Shown here piece after piece: positions 40,585-50,144 of a DNA stretch of 63,485 bases. The notes under the pieces were generated by a model that was not told where the DNA came from, made no database searches, and worked only from the letters and a program-made list of their open reading frames with translations. This DNA is from Actinomycetota bacterium (GTDB lineage Bacteria; Actinomycetota; Coriobacteriia; Anaerosomatales; D1FN1-002). The position numbers and the translations under genes were made by a program. Each line of letters begins with the position of its first letter. Position 1 is the stretch's first letter. The stretch is taken from positions 1 through 63,485 of the forward strand of contig JBBIJK010000007.1 in assembly GCA_037445995.1 (NCBI GenBank). The letters are read 5' to 3'.

Positions 40585-41565
40585 CTACACCTTCTCCGTC
40601 GCTGAGCCGCCGAGCAGACCGCCCGGGCGGAATATGAGCACGAGGATCAGAACGATGAAGGCGATGACGTCACGGTAGGCGTTGCTCAGGAAGCCGCTCG
40701 CAAGCGACTCCACTATGCCTAGAAGGAATCCTCCGAGCATCGCGCCTCGCAGGTTGCCGATGCCGCCGATGACGGCCGCGGTGAACGACTTGATACCCGG
40801 GATGAAGCCCATGTTGAACTTCACGGAGCCGTAGTACATACCATTGAAGATGCCCGCGATCGCGCCCAGCGCGGGCCCGATGAAGAACGCGAGCGCGATG
40901 ACCTTGTTGATGTCGACGCCCATGAGGCCTGCGGCCTCCCGGTCCTGGGACGTCGCACGCATGGCCTTACCGATCTTGGTCTTGGACACGAAGGTGTCAA
41001 GGCCAAGGAGCAGTGCGAGCGAGGTCGCGATGATAAGGACCTGCATCGATGTCACTTCGACGCCCGCGACCGTGAACAGCGTCTTCGCGGGAACGAACAG
41101 GGACCCGTCGGCCCTGGTGTAGGGCAGCTGCTTGCTGCTGATCCACAGGAGCACGGCGTTCTGCAGAAAGATCGACACGCCGATGGCCGATATCAGAGGC
41201 GCCAGGCGTGGGGCGTTCCGAAGGGGGCGGTACGCGAAGCGTTCGGTGATCATCCCGACCACGCCGACCAACGAGCCCGAGACGACGAAGGTCGTCGCCA
41301 GAAGAAGGGCGAAGCCGAGCGGTCCGGAGTTGAAGAACTCCTGAGCCGGACCCAGGAAGCCAAGGCCCGCCTTCGCGGCCATGCCCGGGTCTGACAGAAG
41401 CTTAAGGACCAGGAGCCCGACGTAGCCTCCGAGCATGAACATCTCACTGTGCGCGAAGTTGATGAGCAGCAGGATGCCGTAGACCAGCGTGTACCCGAGC
41501 GCGACAAGCGCGTACAGGCCGCCGAGCGTCACCCCGTTCAGCAACTGTTCCATTAGGTAGTGCAA
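40585..41565 (-). CDS. livH: Branched-chain amino acid ABC permease
   Basis: YALVALGYTLVYGIL.LINFAH, GKAMRA, FTAAVIGGIG. Confidence 0.93.
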   Translation of the reverse strand: MHYLMEQLLNGVTLGGLYALVALGYTLVYGILLLINFAHSEMFMLGGYVGLLVLKLLSDPGMAAKAGLGFLGPAQEFFNSGPLGFALLLATTFVVSGSLVGVVGMITERFAYRPLRNAPRLAPLISAIGVSIFLQNAVLLWISSKQLPYTRADGSLFVPAKTLFTVAGVEVTSMQVLIIATSLALLLGLDTFVSKTKIGKAMRATSQDREAAGLMGVDINKVIALAFFIGPALGAIAGIFNGMYYGSVKFNMGFIPGIKSFTAAVIGGIGNLRGAMLGGFLLGIVESLASGFLSNAYRDVIAFIVLILVLIFRPGGLLGGSATEKV

Positions 41566-41628
41566 GCGATTCTCCTGGCTCTAAGGGCGGGCGTGCGCCG
41601 GCCATGATACCAGTCCTGACCGCCGATA

Positions 41629-41660
41629 CGCCGGGCGGGTACCTAGGTACCCGCCCGGCG
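41629..41660. terminator. Perfect 32-bp palindrome downstream of the liv binding-protein gene (mRNA-stabilising or attenuating hairpin)
   Basis: cgccgggcgggtacct|aggtacccgcccggcg is self-complementary. Confidence 0.7.
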
Positions 41661-41701
41661 CGAGCGGTCTTCTCCGTATGGGGTCTAGCCCCGGGGGGAG
41701 T

Positions 41702-42907
41702 CTACTGCTTCTCCGGCACCCAAACGCCGCCGGTGACCTTGTAGGTCGTGATGGCCTTGTTGTTGGTGTCGCCGTTCTCGTCGAAGGATACAAGACCGGT
41801 GACGCCGTCGAAGCTGATGCCCTGGGTGGCCGCGAGGATGGCCTTGCGGCCGTCAGCGGTCTTCACCTTGTCGGCACCCATGTCCTTGGCGACCTGCACG
41901 ATGGCCTTGATGATGACCTGCGCGGCGTCATAGGAGTAGGCGTCGTACGCGGCGATGGCCTCGCCAGGATAGGCGGCCTCGAACGCGGCGATGAAGTCCA
42001 TGCCCTTGGGCATCTGGTCGGTCGGCAGGCCGACGGAGGTGCACAGGTCACCCTCGGCGTTGGCCGCACCGGCGAGCTTGATGTACTCAGGGTCGTAGAC
42101 GCCGTCGCCCGCCATCAGCGGGACCTTGACGCCACCCTCCTTGAGCTGCTTGGACAGCAGGGCACCCGAGTTGTAGATGCCGCCGTAGAACACCATGTCG
42201 ACCTTCTTGGCCTTGATCGCGGTGACGAGGGCCTTGAAGTCGGTGTCCTTGTCGGAGGTCTTCTCGCGGCCAGCGATGGTGCCGCCGTTGACCTCGAACT
42301 GCTTGGCCCACGCGTCGGCCAGACCCTCGCCGTACGGGGTGGAGTCGTCGACCACGAACGCGGTCTTGGCACCGGCGACCTTGGCGGCGTAGTCAGCGCC
42401 CGCAGGGCCCTGGACGCCGTCGTTGGCGCAAGTGCGGAAGTAGTTGGCGTTGCTGCGCGGAATCGTCAGGTCCACGGCGGTGTTGGCCGGCGAGACCTGC
42501 AGGATGTCGTTCTGCGCGTAGATCTTGACCGCGACGCGGGTGACACCAGAGTTCAGGTGGCCCATGACGCCGACGAGGTCGGGGTTCGAAGCGAACTGCT
42601 CCGCGACGTTGCCTCCGGTCGTCGGGTCGCCCTTGTCGTCACCCTCGACGGTGCTGAGGGTGATCCCGAGGTCCTTGAGCTCCTGGGACTCATTCGCCTC
42701 CTTGACGGCGAGGTTGGCGCCGCGGACCATACCCTGGCCCAGCGCCACGGCGCCGTCCGTCAGGGGCGCGCCGATGCCGATGACGACGTTGACCGCCTCC
42801 TTGGGCGCGTCCGGCTTGGCCTCCTCCTTCGGCTGGCAACCGACCGCCGGCAGCGCCATGGCAAACGCCAGGGCGATGACCAGCACGAGCCTCATGCTCT
42901 TCGCCAT
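41702..42907 (-). CDS. Branched-chain amino acid ABC substrate-binding lipoprotein (LivJ/LivK family)
   Basis: Lipobox AVGC; PLT..A..G, GHLNSG, FRT...D..QG, YGEGLA, YSYDA. Confidence 0.92.
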   Translation of the reverse strand: MAKSMRLVLVIALAFAMALPAVGCQPKEEAKPDAPKEAVNVVIGIGAPLTDGAVALGQGMVRGANLAVKEANESQELKDLGITLSTVEGDDKGDPTTGGNVAEQFASNPDLVGVMGHLNSGVTRVAVKIYAQNDILQVSPANTAVDLTIPRSNANYFRTCANDGVQGPAGADYAAKVAGAKTAFVVDDSTPYGEGLADAWAKQFEVNGGTIAGREKTSDKDTDFKALVTAIKAKKVDMVFYGGIYNSGALLSKQLKEGGVKVPLMAGDGVYDPEYIKLAGAANAEGDLCTSVGLPTDQMPKGMDFIAAFEAAYPGEAIAAYDAYSYDAAQVIIKAIVQVAKDMGADKVKTADGRKAILAATQGISFDGVTGLVSFDENGDTNNKAITTYKVTGGVWVPEKQ

Positions 42908-43055
42908 TCCCATCCCTTCCCTCTCCATCAGTCTTATCCCGGCGGCGCCGGGTTTCCCACAGGGACTATGACGCGGATGCTAGCAGAACGAAGCCCGGAC
43001 GTCTGCAGCAGGACCTTGCGCAGTATGACGAACGGTAGCGCGAGGGCGGCGACCG

Positions 43056-43481
43056 CTATATCTGATACTCGGGCACGCGGGCGGACTCGAGGGCGTCCTG
43101 GGCCGCCGCGATGTCGGCCAAGGTGACCGAGCGGAGCTCGCTCGCAAGGGTGGAGGACACCCTCCCCCAAGCCTCGCTGGCCGCGGATCCCGAGACACGC
43201 GGGACGTCGAGGACCGCCCCCTCTACGGCGACCACGATGTCGGCCAGCGTCACCTCCGAGGGGTCCCTCGCCAGGGCGCAACCTCCTCCGGAACCCCGCC
43301 GGCACTCGACGATGCCGACCCTGCCCAACGTCGTGAGCTGCTGCTCCGTGAAGCGGCGAGGCGACCCTATGCGGGACGCCACCTCGCCCGCGCTCACTCG
43401 TCCGCGCCCAGCCAGCGGGCCGCGTGCGAGCTCGACCGCCGCCCGCAGGGCGCAGTCCAGCCTCTGCGAGACCCGCATCAT
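43056..43481 (-). CDS. Rrf2-family regulator (CymR-like, no canonical Fe-S cysteine triad)
   Basis: ALRA..ELA, RG..GG..LAR.P.EVTL.DIV.AVEG; ATGA overlap with cysK. Confidence 0.88.
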   Translation of the reverse strand: MMRVSQRLDCALRAAVELARGPLAGRGRVSAGEVASRIGSPRRFTEQQLTTLGRVGIVECRRGSGGGCALARDPSEVTLADIVVAVEGAVLDVPRVSGSAASEAWGRVSSTLASELRSVTLADIAAAQDALESARVPEYQI

Positions 43482-44437
43482 GTGCCGTACCCCTCCCACA
43501 ACGCGGTCGACAGATAGCGCTCCCCGGTCGACGGCGCCACCGTCACGACCGCCTTGCCCCGAGACTCCGGCCGCGCGGCGACCCTGAGGGCGGCGGCCAC
43601 GTTGGCGCCCGAGGAGATGCCCACCAGCAGACCCTCCTCGGCGGCGAGCCGCCTGGCCACCTCGATGGCCTCGGGAGCGGCCACGTGCTGGACCTCGTCG
43701 ATGACCCCGAGGTCCAGCGTGTCGGGGATGAAGTTCGCGCCGATCCCCTGGATCATATGTGGCCCCGGGGTCAGAGGTTCGCCGGCGAGCCTTTGCGAGA
43801 TGATCGGTGACTCGGCCGGCTCGACCACGACCGCCCGGATGGCGGGGTCCTGCTCCTTGAGATACCGGCCGCCGCCGCTGATGGTCCCACCGGTCCCGAC
43901 CCCGACGACGAAGGCCGCGATGCCGAGCTCCCCGGCGGCGGCCCAGACCTCCGGACCGGTGGTGCGGTAGTGGATGGCGGGGTTGGCGGGGTTCACGAAC
44001 TGCCCGGCGATCCAGGCGCCCGGGGTCTCCGCCGCGACCTCTTCCGCCCGGTCGACCGACCCCTTCATGCCCAGCTCCTTCGGGGTCAGAACGAGCTCCG
44101 CGCCGAAGGCGGCCAGCAGACGCCGCCGCTCCAGCGACATACTCTCCGGCATGGTGAGTATCACGCGATAGCCGCGTGAGGCGCCGATCATCGCAAGGGC
44201 GATCCCCGTGTTCCCCGAGGTGGGCTCTACGATCACCGACCGCCCCGGTTCGATCAGGCCCCGTTGCTCGGCGTCGTCGATCATCGACATGCCGATCCGG
44301 TCCTTGACCGAACCGCCGGGGTTTCGCGATTCAAGCTTCAGGAGCACGCGGGCGTCGAGACCCTCGGCCATGCGACCCAGCTCGACTACCGGGGTCCGCC
44401 CGATGGTCCCGCTGACCGATGGTGATGGTGAGATCAT
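43478..44437 (-). CDS. cysK: Cysteine synthase A
   Basis: NPGGSVKDRI, EPTSGNTG, GVGTGGT, HMIQGIG, GERYLST. Confidence 0.96.
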   Translation of the reverse strand: MISPSPSVSGTIGRTPVVELGRMAEGLDARVLLKLESRNPGGSVKDRIGMSMIDDAEQRGLIEPGRSVIVEPTSGNTGIALAMIGASRGYRVILTMPESMSLERRRLLAAFGAELVLTPKELGMKGSVDRAEEVAAETPGAWIAGQFVNPANPAIHYRTTGPEVWAAAGELGIAAFVVGVGTGGTISGGGRYLKEQDPAIRAVVVEPAESPIISQRLAGEPLTPGPHMIQGIGANFIPDTLDLGVIDEVQHVAAPEAIEVARRLAAEEGLLVGISSGANVAAALRVAARPESRGKAVVTVAPSTGERYLSTALWEGYGT

Positions 44438-44554
44438 CTCACGCTCCTGTCCTTGGCCGGATGCCTGGTCACATCATCCCCGGCTCGGCGCCCGGAATCA
44501 ACGGTTCTAAGCGCAGGAATCGCATGTTATTCGAGGGCTTGAACGTCGAGGGTA

Positions 44555-45205
44555 TCACGCCGTGACGAACACCTCGCCGTCCCTCACTGTCACGGCGTAC
44601 GTGCGCACGTCGGCGTCAGGGTGGTCGGTGGTGCCGTCTCGCACGTCATACCTCCAACCGTGCCAGGGGCACATGACCACGTGGCCGTCCATGTAGCCCT
44701 CCGCGAGGGGCGCGAAGGCATGCCGACAGACGTCCGAGAGAGCGTAGAAGCGCCCGTCCACGCGGAACAGCGCGACGTCTCGGCCGCCGATCCTCACCCG
44801 CCTGGCCTGGCCGTCGGCCATGTCGTCGACCGCGGCCACCCGGACCTCGACGGCGCCCTCCGGGACTTCCACCACGCCGTGCAGGGTAGAGCCGTCCTCG
44901 ACGTCGGTCCGGATGAAGAGCCCGCACCAGCACTTGCGCATGGCCGCGAACTCGGCCATGTGGAACGGGATGCACGGGCACACGATCCGCGCGTCCTCCT
45001 TGGAGTCGCCCGACCTGACCCTGCACGGGCAGTAGGCGTCCCCGGTCTGGCCGATGACATCGAGCAGCGACCCCAAGGTCACCTCGACGAATTCCTCGTC
45101 GGTGTTGAATCGGTAGCCCAGCCTCTCGACGAACGGGGCCATGTAAGCCCGAAGATCGTCGGCGCTGACCCCTTCGGCGAAGCGCATCTTGCCCTTGGCG
45201 CTCAC
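44555..45205 (-). CDS. Ferredoxin-thioredoxin reductase catalytic domain fused to Rieske 2Fe-2S domain
   Basis: YCPCR...VCPC...CWCGLF (FTR catalytic) then CRH...CPWHGW.YD (Rieske); GTG overlaps glutaredoxin stop. Confidence 0.88.
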   Translation of the reverse strand: MSAKGKMRFAEGVSADDLRAYMAPFVERLGYRFNTDEEFVEVTLGSLLDVIGQTGDAYCPCRVRSGDSKEDARIVCPCIPFHMAEFAAMRKCWCGLFIRTDVEDGSTLHGVVEVPEGAVEVRVAAVDDMADGQARRVRIGGRDVALFRVDGRFYALSDVCRHAFAPLAEGYMDGHVVMCPWHGWRYDVRDGTTDHPDADVRTYAVTVRDGEVFVTA

Positions 45206-45447
45206 AGTCCCAACAGCTCCTTGATGCGCACCTTGTCGTATCCGACGATCACCTCGTCGCCGACCACCAGGACGGGGAAGGAGGCGCCCCCCGACAGGCG
45301 GCGCACCTCCGCGACGGCCTCGTCCTTGGCGTCTCCCTCGAGCTTGTCGACCTCGGTCACGGCGTAGCTCACGCCGGCTTCGTCGAGGAACTTCCGGGTC
45401 ATCTTGCAGTACGTGCAAGTCGTCAGCGCATACACGTGGACTTCCAT
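45202..45447 (-). CDS. Glutaredoxin/NrdH-like redoxin
   Basis: YALTTCTYCK, SFPVLVV, IVGYD; GGAGG RBS. Confidence 0.9.
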   Translation of the reverse strand: MEVHVYALTTCTYCKMTRKFLDEAGVSYAVTEVDKLEGDAKDEAVAEVRRLSGGASFPVLVVGDEVIVGYDKVRIKELLGL

Positions 45448-45590
45448 CGGACCTCCATGGGATCGACTGCCTCTTGGAGTAGTCTTCCCAACGGATGCCG
45501 GGGATGTCGCGTGAGAAACGCGCTTTCGCGGGTAATGTGTAGCGGGGACCCGCATCTAGGTGCGATGCGGGCGCGACGATCGGAGGGCAG

Positions 45591-46844
45591 TTGGGCTCAC
45601 GTGCCGTAGCGGGGCCTGCGGCGGCCAGGCGCGTCATCGTGGTAGGCGGCGGTTACGCCGGCACGACGTGCGCCGTGGCGCTGGGCCGCGCCCTCCAGCC
45701 GAGCGACGACGTCGAGGTGCTGGTCATCGAACCCGACCCGTGCCAGCAGGCGCTCTCCGAGCTGGACCTGGTCGCCGTCGGGCCTCCTCGCCCGCAGTTC
45801 TGCGAGCTGTGGCACCCGAACGTCTTCCGCGACCTGCCGGTCACCATGTGCTACAGCCGCGTGACCGAGATCGACCCCGAGAAGCGTTCGGTGACGATAG
45901 AGACGGGCGAGCGGGTGGACTACTGGCGGCTGGTGGTGGCCACGGGAGCCGTGCCTTGGGTCCCCGACGTCCCGGGTCTCCGCGAGAAGGCGATCACGAT
46001 GTGGTCCGTCGAGGACGCCCAGGAGCTTCAGCTCGCGATAGAGGACTCGTTCAAGCTCGCCGCGAGGACGCCCGACCGCCAAGGGCGCAGACGCGCGCTC
46101 AGCTACACGGTCGTCGGCGGCGGTGCGACGGGCGTCGAGATAGTCGGCACCCTGGGGCAGATGCTCCCCAGCCGGATGCGAGAGGCGGGCCTGGACCCCG
46201 ACGACCTGCGGGTCACCCTCATCGAGGCCCGCCCCCAGATCCTGTACGACCTGCCCGAGCCGTTGCGAGTCGAGGCGATCAAGCGGCTTGAGAGCATGGG
46301 CGTCATCGTCATCACCGGCGACAAGCTCGTGTCGGTGACCCCCGACGAGGTCAGGCTGGAGTCAGAGAGGGTGGTGCCATCGACCGTGCTGGTCTGGTGC
46401 GGAGGCGCCAAAGCCGACCCTCACGCGGCGGACTGGGGCTTCCCCACCGACCCCGACGGCCGGATCCGTGTCGGCGAGACGCTCAAGCCCGAGGGCCTCG
46501 AGGACGTCTACGTCATCGGTGACGTCGCCTCGGCCAAGCACCCCAAGACCGGCAAGGTCCTGCCGATGCTGGCCCAAGTCGCCATCCAGCAGGGACCCGC
46601 CGTCGCGGCGTCCATCCTCGCCGAGTCGCGTGGCGGAGCGGCCGCGCCTTTCGTGCCGCACCTCCGCGGGGAGTTCGTGAGCGTCGGTCCGCGCTGGGGC
46701 GTCGGATGGATGTACTCCATGAGGCTCAAGGGCATTCCCGCAATCGTGATGAAACGGATCACGTACGTGAAGTACTGGCTGCAGGTCGGAGGCGTTCGCC
46801 TCGCGTGGCATCGGACACGCGAGATGCTCTCGATGCAGCGCTGA
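45591..46844 (+). CDS. NAD(P)/FAD-dependent oxidoreductase (type II NADH dehydrogenase family)
   Basis: GGGYAG, LVVATGA, VVGGGATGVE, YVIGD, AQVAIQQG. Confidence 0.85.
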   Translation: MGSRAVAGPAAARRVIVVGGGYAGTTCAVALGRALQPSDDVEVLVIEPDPCQQALSELDLVAVGPPRPQFCELWHPNVFRDLPVTMCYSRVTEIDPEKRSVTIETGERVDYWRLVVATGAVPWVPDVPGLREKAITMWSVEDAQELQLAIEDSFKLAARTPDRQGRRRALSYTVVGGGATGVEIVGTLGQMLPSRMREAGLDPDDLRVTLIEARPQILYDLPEPLRVEAIKRLESMGVIVITGDKLVSVTPDEVRLESERVVPSTVLVWCGGAKADPHAADWGFPTDPDGRIRVGETLKPEGLEDVYVIGDVASAKHPKTGKVLPMLAQVAIQQGPAVAASILAESRGGAAAPFVPHLRGEFVSVGPRWGVGWMYSMRLKGIPAIVMKRITYVKYWLQVGGVRLAWHRTREMLSMQR

Positions 46845-46877
46845 GAGCGGCGGGCGACCGCCAGGAAGCGAGACTGC

Positions 46878-47321
46878 GTGAACGACCCTGCGACGGCGCG
46901 GCCCACGGCCGCTCCCCACCGGAGGCTCCGGCCACATCACCTGATCTGCCTTCGGTTCTTCCGCGGCGAGGGGTACGACGACCACTTCGTCGACAACCTG
47001 CGCGGGGTGATGTCCGACCTGGAGCGGATGGAGGTGCGCGTCGTCGACGGACCCGACGACGTCTGCGACTGCTGCCCGCACCTCCATGGGGACAGGTGCG
47101 GGTCCCCCGGGGGCGGCGAGGAGGAGGTGCGCCGCATAGACGCGCTGGCGCTGGAGCTCCTGGGGACGTCGCCCGGAATGTCGCTGTGCTTCGATGCGTC
47201 CGGCATCGACGAAAGCATCCTCGGCGCCTGGCGGAGGGGCGCATGCCAAGGATGCGATTGGGAAGACCTGTGCGTCCCGCTCATGGAAGCCGACGCGGCC
47301 GGTCCGCCCGTCGCCGACTAG
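46878..47321 (+). CDS. DUF1284-like Cys-rich protein
   Basis: LRPHHLICL..F.GEGY...FV.N, DDVC..CP, C..C.W...C. Confidence 0.82.
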   Translation: MNDPATARPTAAPHRRLRPHHLICLRFFRGEGYDDHFVDNLRGVMSDLERMEVRVVDGPDDVCDCCPHLHGDRCGSPGGGEEEVRRIDALALELLGTSPGMSLCFDASGIDESILGAWRRGACQGCDWEDLCVPLMEADAAGPPVAD

Positions 47322-47848
47322 AACTCTATCCCTCGGCGGGCCTCGACGCCGCCGTCGTAGGGGTGCTTGACGGCGCGCATCTCGGTGACCAGGTCGGCCG
47401 CGTCCAGAAGCCCGATCGGCGCGTTGCGGCCCGTGCAGACCACCTCCACGTGATCGGGTCGGTCCACAAGGGCCCGGAGCACGTCTCCTGTGTCGACCAG
47501 CCCGTGTCCCATCGCAACGCACACCTCGTCCAGGATGACGACGTCCCAGCTGCCCGCGGAGATCACGCGCCTCGCGACCTCCCAAGCCTCCGCGGCCGCC
47601 GACCTGTCCTCCGGGGTGATGACTCCGATCATCAGCCCGCTGGAGACCACCGCCGGCCGGACGATCTCGACCCCGGCCTCACGGAGCACCGCGAGTTCCC
47701 CGCTCGGGTCCCCCCCTTTCACGAACTGCACGAAGCACACGGACAGACCGCGTCCTCGCGCCCGGACCGCGAGCCCGCACGCGGCGGTGGTCTTACCCTT
47801 GCCCTCGCCGGTGTAGACCTGGAGCAGTCCTCTATCGATACGGGACAT
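47318..47848 (-). CDS. cobO: Cob(I)yrinic acid a,c-diamide adenosyltransferase
   Basis: QVYTGEGKGKTTAA.G, VQFVKG, VILDE, TGR.AP, KHPY..G..AR.GIEF. Confidence 0.93.
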   Translation of the reverse strand: MSRIDRGLLQVYTGEGKGKTTAACGLAVRARGRGLSVCFVQFVKGGDPSGELAVLREAGVEIVRPAVVSSGLMIGVITPEDRSAAAEAWEVARRVISAGSWDVVILDEVCVAMGHGLVDTGDVLRALVDRPDHVEVVCTGRNAPIGLLDAADLVTEMRAVKHPYDGGVEARRGIEF

Positions 47849-49109
47849 CCGCGCTCCCTCCAAGCACGCGCGCGACCTCGGCCAACGCGCCATCGTCATC
47901 ATCCACCGCGACAGCGCCCGCGTCGAGCGCCTCTCTCCAAAGCGCGGTCGCCTCGCCGTCGCCGAAGTCCCTCCGGGGGCCCATGCCGCCGACGAGGACG
48001 AGCGGGTCGCCGGCCCGGACCGCTGCACGGAGGTTCGCTATGTTGCCCCGGCCGAACGGCGTCGCGCTGACCACGCGGATGTCGGCCGAGGCCGCCAGCG
48101 TCTCCGTCTGACTGAGGGCGGCGGGGTCTGGCGAGCCGAAGGCGGGCAGGGTCACGTGACGCGCCCGGACGGCCTGCGCGACGGCCTGGTCGGTGTCGCC
48201 CAGCTCCAGGGCGCCGCAGGAGACCCGGAAACCGGCCAGCGCCAGACTCCGCAGCAGGCGCGCGCCGTGCCCCGCGCCGCCCACCACGAAGACCTCCTGG
48301 TCCCTGGTTGGCGCGACAGCCTCGTCGCGCAGGACCGGCGTCACGGTCGCCGAACCGGTCACCGGGTCCGTCCCGATCACCGCCCTGACCCCGAACACCT
48401 CCGAGACGTTCCTGGCCGTGAGCACCGCGCGAGGCGGCCCGGCTGGGCCCAGCGCGCCTTCGTGCACCACCGCCAGCTCGTCGGAGTAGCGCGCGGCAAG
48501 GTCGAGGTCGTGGAAGACCGCGAGGACCGCGAGTCCCGCGTCGGCGAGCTCCCGTACGAGGTCCAGGATCTGGAGCCGGTGGTTGAGGTCGAGATGGCTG
48601 ACCGGCTCGTCGAGAAGGAGCACCCGCGGTTCCTGCGCCAGCGCCTGTGCCAGCACAAGCCGCTGCAGGTCGCCACCGGAAAGCGTGTCGACCCGCTCGG
48701 CCGCCAGCCGCCACGTGTCGGTGCGGCGCATGGCGTACTCCACCACCCGCCTGTCCCGTTCCCCGGGGCCTCCGAGCGGCGGCAGATGAGCGTGGCGGCC
48801 CATCTCCACGAAGTCGAATGAAGGGAATGCGAAGGGCGCCGCGGTGGACTGCGGGACCACCGCGACCAGCCTCGCCCGCTGACGCTCCGTGAGGCTTCCG
48901 ACCGGGTCGCCGCACAGCTCGACGTCCCCGGCGAGGATCCCGGCCGCGCCGGTGACGGCACGCAGCAGCGTGGACTTGCCGGCCCCGTTCGGACCTACGA
49001 GGCCGACCACCCTCCCGGCGCCCACCAGCAGGTCAGCGCCTCGCACCACGGGGCCGTCGTCATAGCCGACGTCGACGCCGGCGAACCTCAGCGGAGACGC
49101 TTCGCTCAT
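47832..49109 (-). CDS. btuD: Cobalamin ABC transporter ATP-binding protein with C-terminal extension
   Basis: GPNGAGKST, LSGG..QR, LLDEP..HLD, HDLDLAARY; in riboswitch-led operon. Confidence 0.82.
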   Translation of the reverse strand: MSEASPLRFAGVDVGYDDGPVVRGADLLVGAGRVVGLVGPNGAGKSTLLRAVTGAAGILAGDVELCGDPVGSLTERQRARLVAVVPQSTAAPFAFPSFDFVEMGRHAHLPPLGGPGERDRRVVEYAMRRTDTWRLAAERVDTLSGGDLQRLVLAQALAQEPRVLLLDEPVSHLDLNHRLQILDLVRELADAGLAVLAVFHDLDLAARYSDELAVVHEGALGPAGPPRAVLTARNVSEVFGVRAVIGTDPVTGSATVTPVLRDEAVAPTRDQEVFVVGGAGHGARLLRSLALAGFRVSCGALELGDTDQAVAQAVRARHVTLPAFGSPDPAALSQTETLAASADIRVVSATPFGRGNIANLRAAVRAGDPLVLVGGMGPRRDFGDGEATALWREALDAGAVAVDDDDGALAEVARVLGGSADVPYR

Positions 49110-50134
49110 CTCGGCCTCTCCCCGCGGACCAGGAGCCATACGAAGAACGGCCCACCCAGCACCGCGGTCACGATGCCGACCGGGATCTCCACCGGGGCGA
49201 GCACGGTCCTGGCCACGAGATCAGCGAGGACCATGGTCAGGGCGCCGGCCAGCATGGACGCCGGCAGCAACCGGCGATGGTCGGGACCCGCCACGAGCCT
49301 CACGGCGTGGGGGGTCATCAGCCCGACGAAGCCCACGAGCCCCGACACCGACACCGCGGCGGCCGTCACGAGCGACGCCAACGCCAGGAGCAGCGTCTTG
49401 AGCCTCTCGACCGGCAGGCCCAACTCCGACGCGCGCTCGTCCCCGAGCAGCACGAGGTTGAGCTGGCGGGAGACGAGCAGCGAGACGGTGGCGCCGATCG
49501 CCAGCATCGGTGCGACCGCGACGACGTACTCCCAGGACGCCCCCTCGAGGCCGCCCATCATCCAGAAGACCACCGACGCCATCGACTCCCTCGCGAGGAC
49601 CATGATGAACGAGGTCACCGCGGCCAGCGTGTAGGAGACCGCGACCCCCGCGAGCAGGAGCGAGACACCGTCGACGCGTCCGCGACGCGTCGCCAGCCGC
49701 ACCACCAGGGCGACGGCGCCGACCGCCCCGAGGAACGCGCCGAGCGGCACCACCCCCGGCCTGAGCGCGGTTGCGCCCGCCGTGAGCGCGATGACCACCA
49801 CCACGCCCAGCCCCGCGCCCGACGAGACCCCCAGGATGTAGGGATCGGCCAGCGGGTTGCGGAAGACCGCCTGATAGAGCGCCCCGGCGACCGCCAGACA
49901 GGCGCCGACGAGCGCCGCCAGCAGCACGCGGGGCAGCCTGATGTCGACCACCAGGGCGTCGGCCAGGCCGCCCGGACCCGAACCGGCCCCCAGCGACCGG
50001 CCCAGAGCCGCGACGACGTCGGCCGGAGGGACGTACACGGCGCCGAGGGCCACGCCCGCCACCACCGCGACCGCCAGCGCCGCGCCCAGCGCGACGGTCA
50101 GGGTGACAGCAGAGCGCGGCCCTCGGACCGGCAA
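49106..50134 (-). CDS. btuC: Cobalamin ABC transporter permease (FecCD family)
   Basis: IRLPR, RNPLADPYILGVSSGA, GFVGL..PH, EIPVG...GGPFF. Confidence 0.85.
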   Translation of the reverse strand: MPVRGPRSAVTLTVALGAALAVAVVAGVALGAVYVPPADVVAALGRSLGAGSGPGGLADALVVDIRLPRVLLAALVGACLAVAGALYQAVFRNPLADPYILGVSSGAGLGVVVVIALTAGATALRPGVVPLGAFLGAVGAVALVVRLATRRGRVDGVSLLLAGVAVSYTLAAVTSFIMVLARESMASVVFWMMGGLEGASWEYVVAVAPMLAIGATVSLLVSRQLNLVLLGDERASELGLPVERLKTLLLALASLVTAAAVSVSGLVGFVGLMTPHAVRLVAGPDHRRLLPASMLAGALTMVLADLVARTVLAPVEIPVGIVTAVLGGPFFVWLLVRGERPR

Positions 50135-50144
50135 GTCGGGCCTC

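Noticed and set aside
45591-46844. Sulfide:quinone oxidoreductase call
   Set aside because: Has a second GGGxxGxE nucleotide-binding motif typical of NDH-2, and I could not place SQR catalytic cysteine motifs
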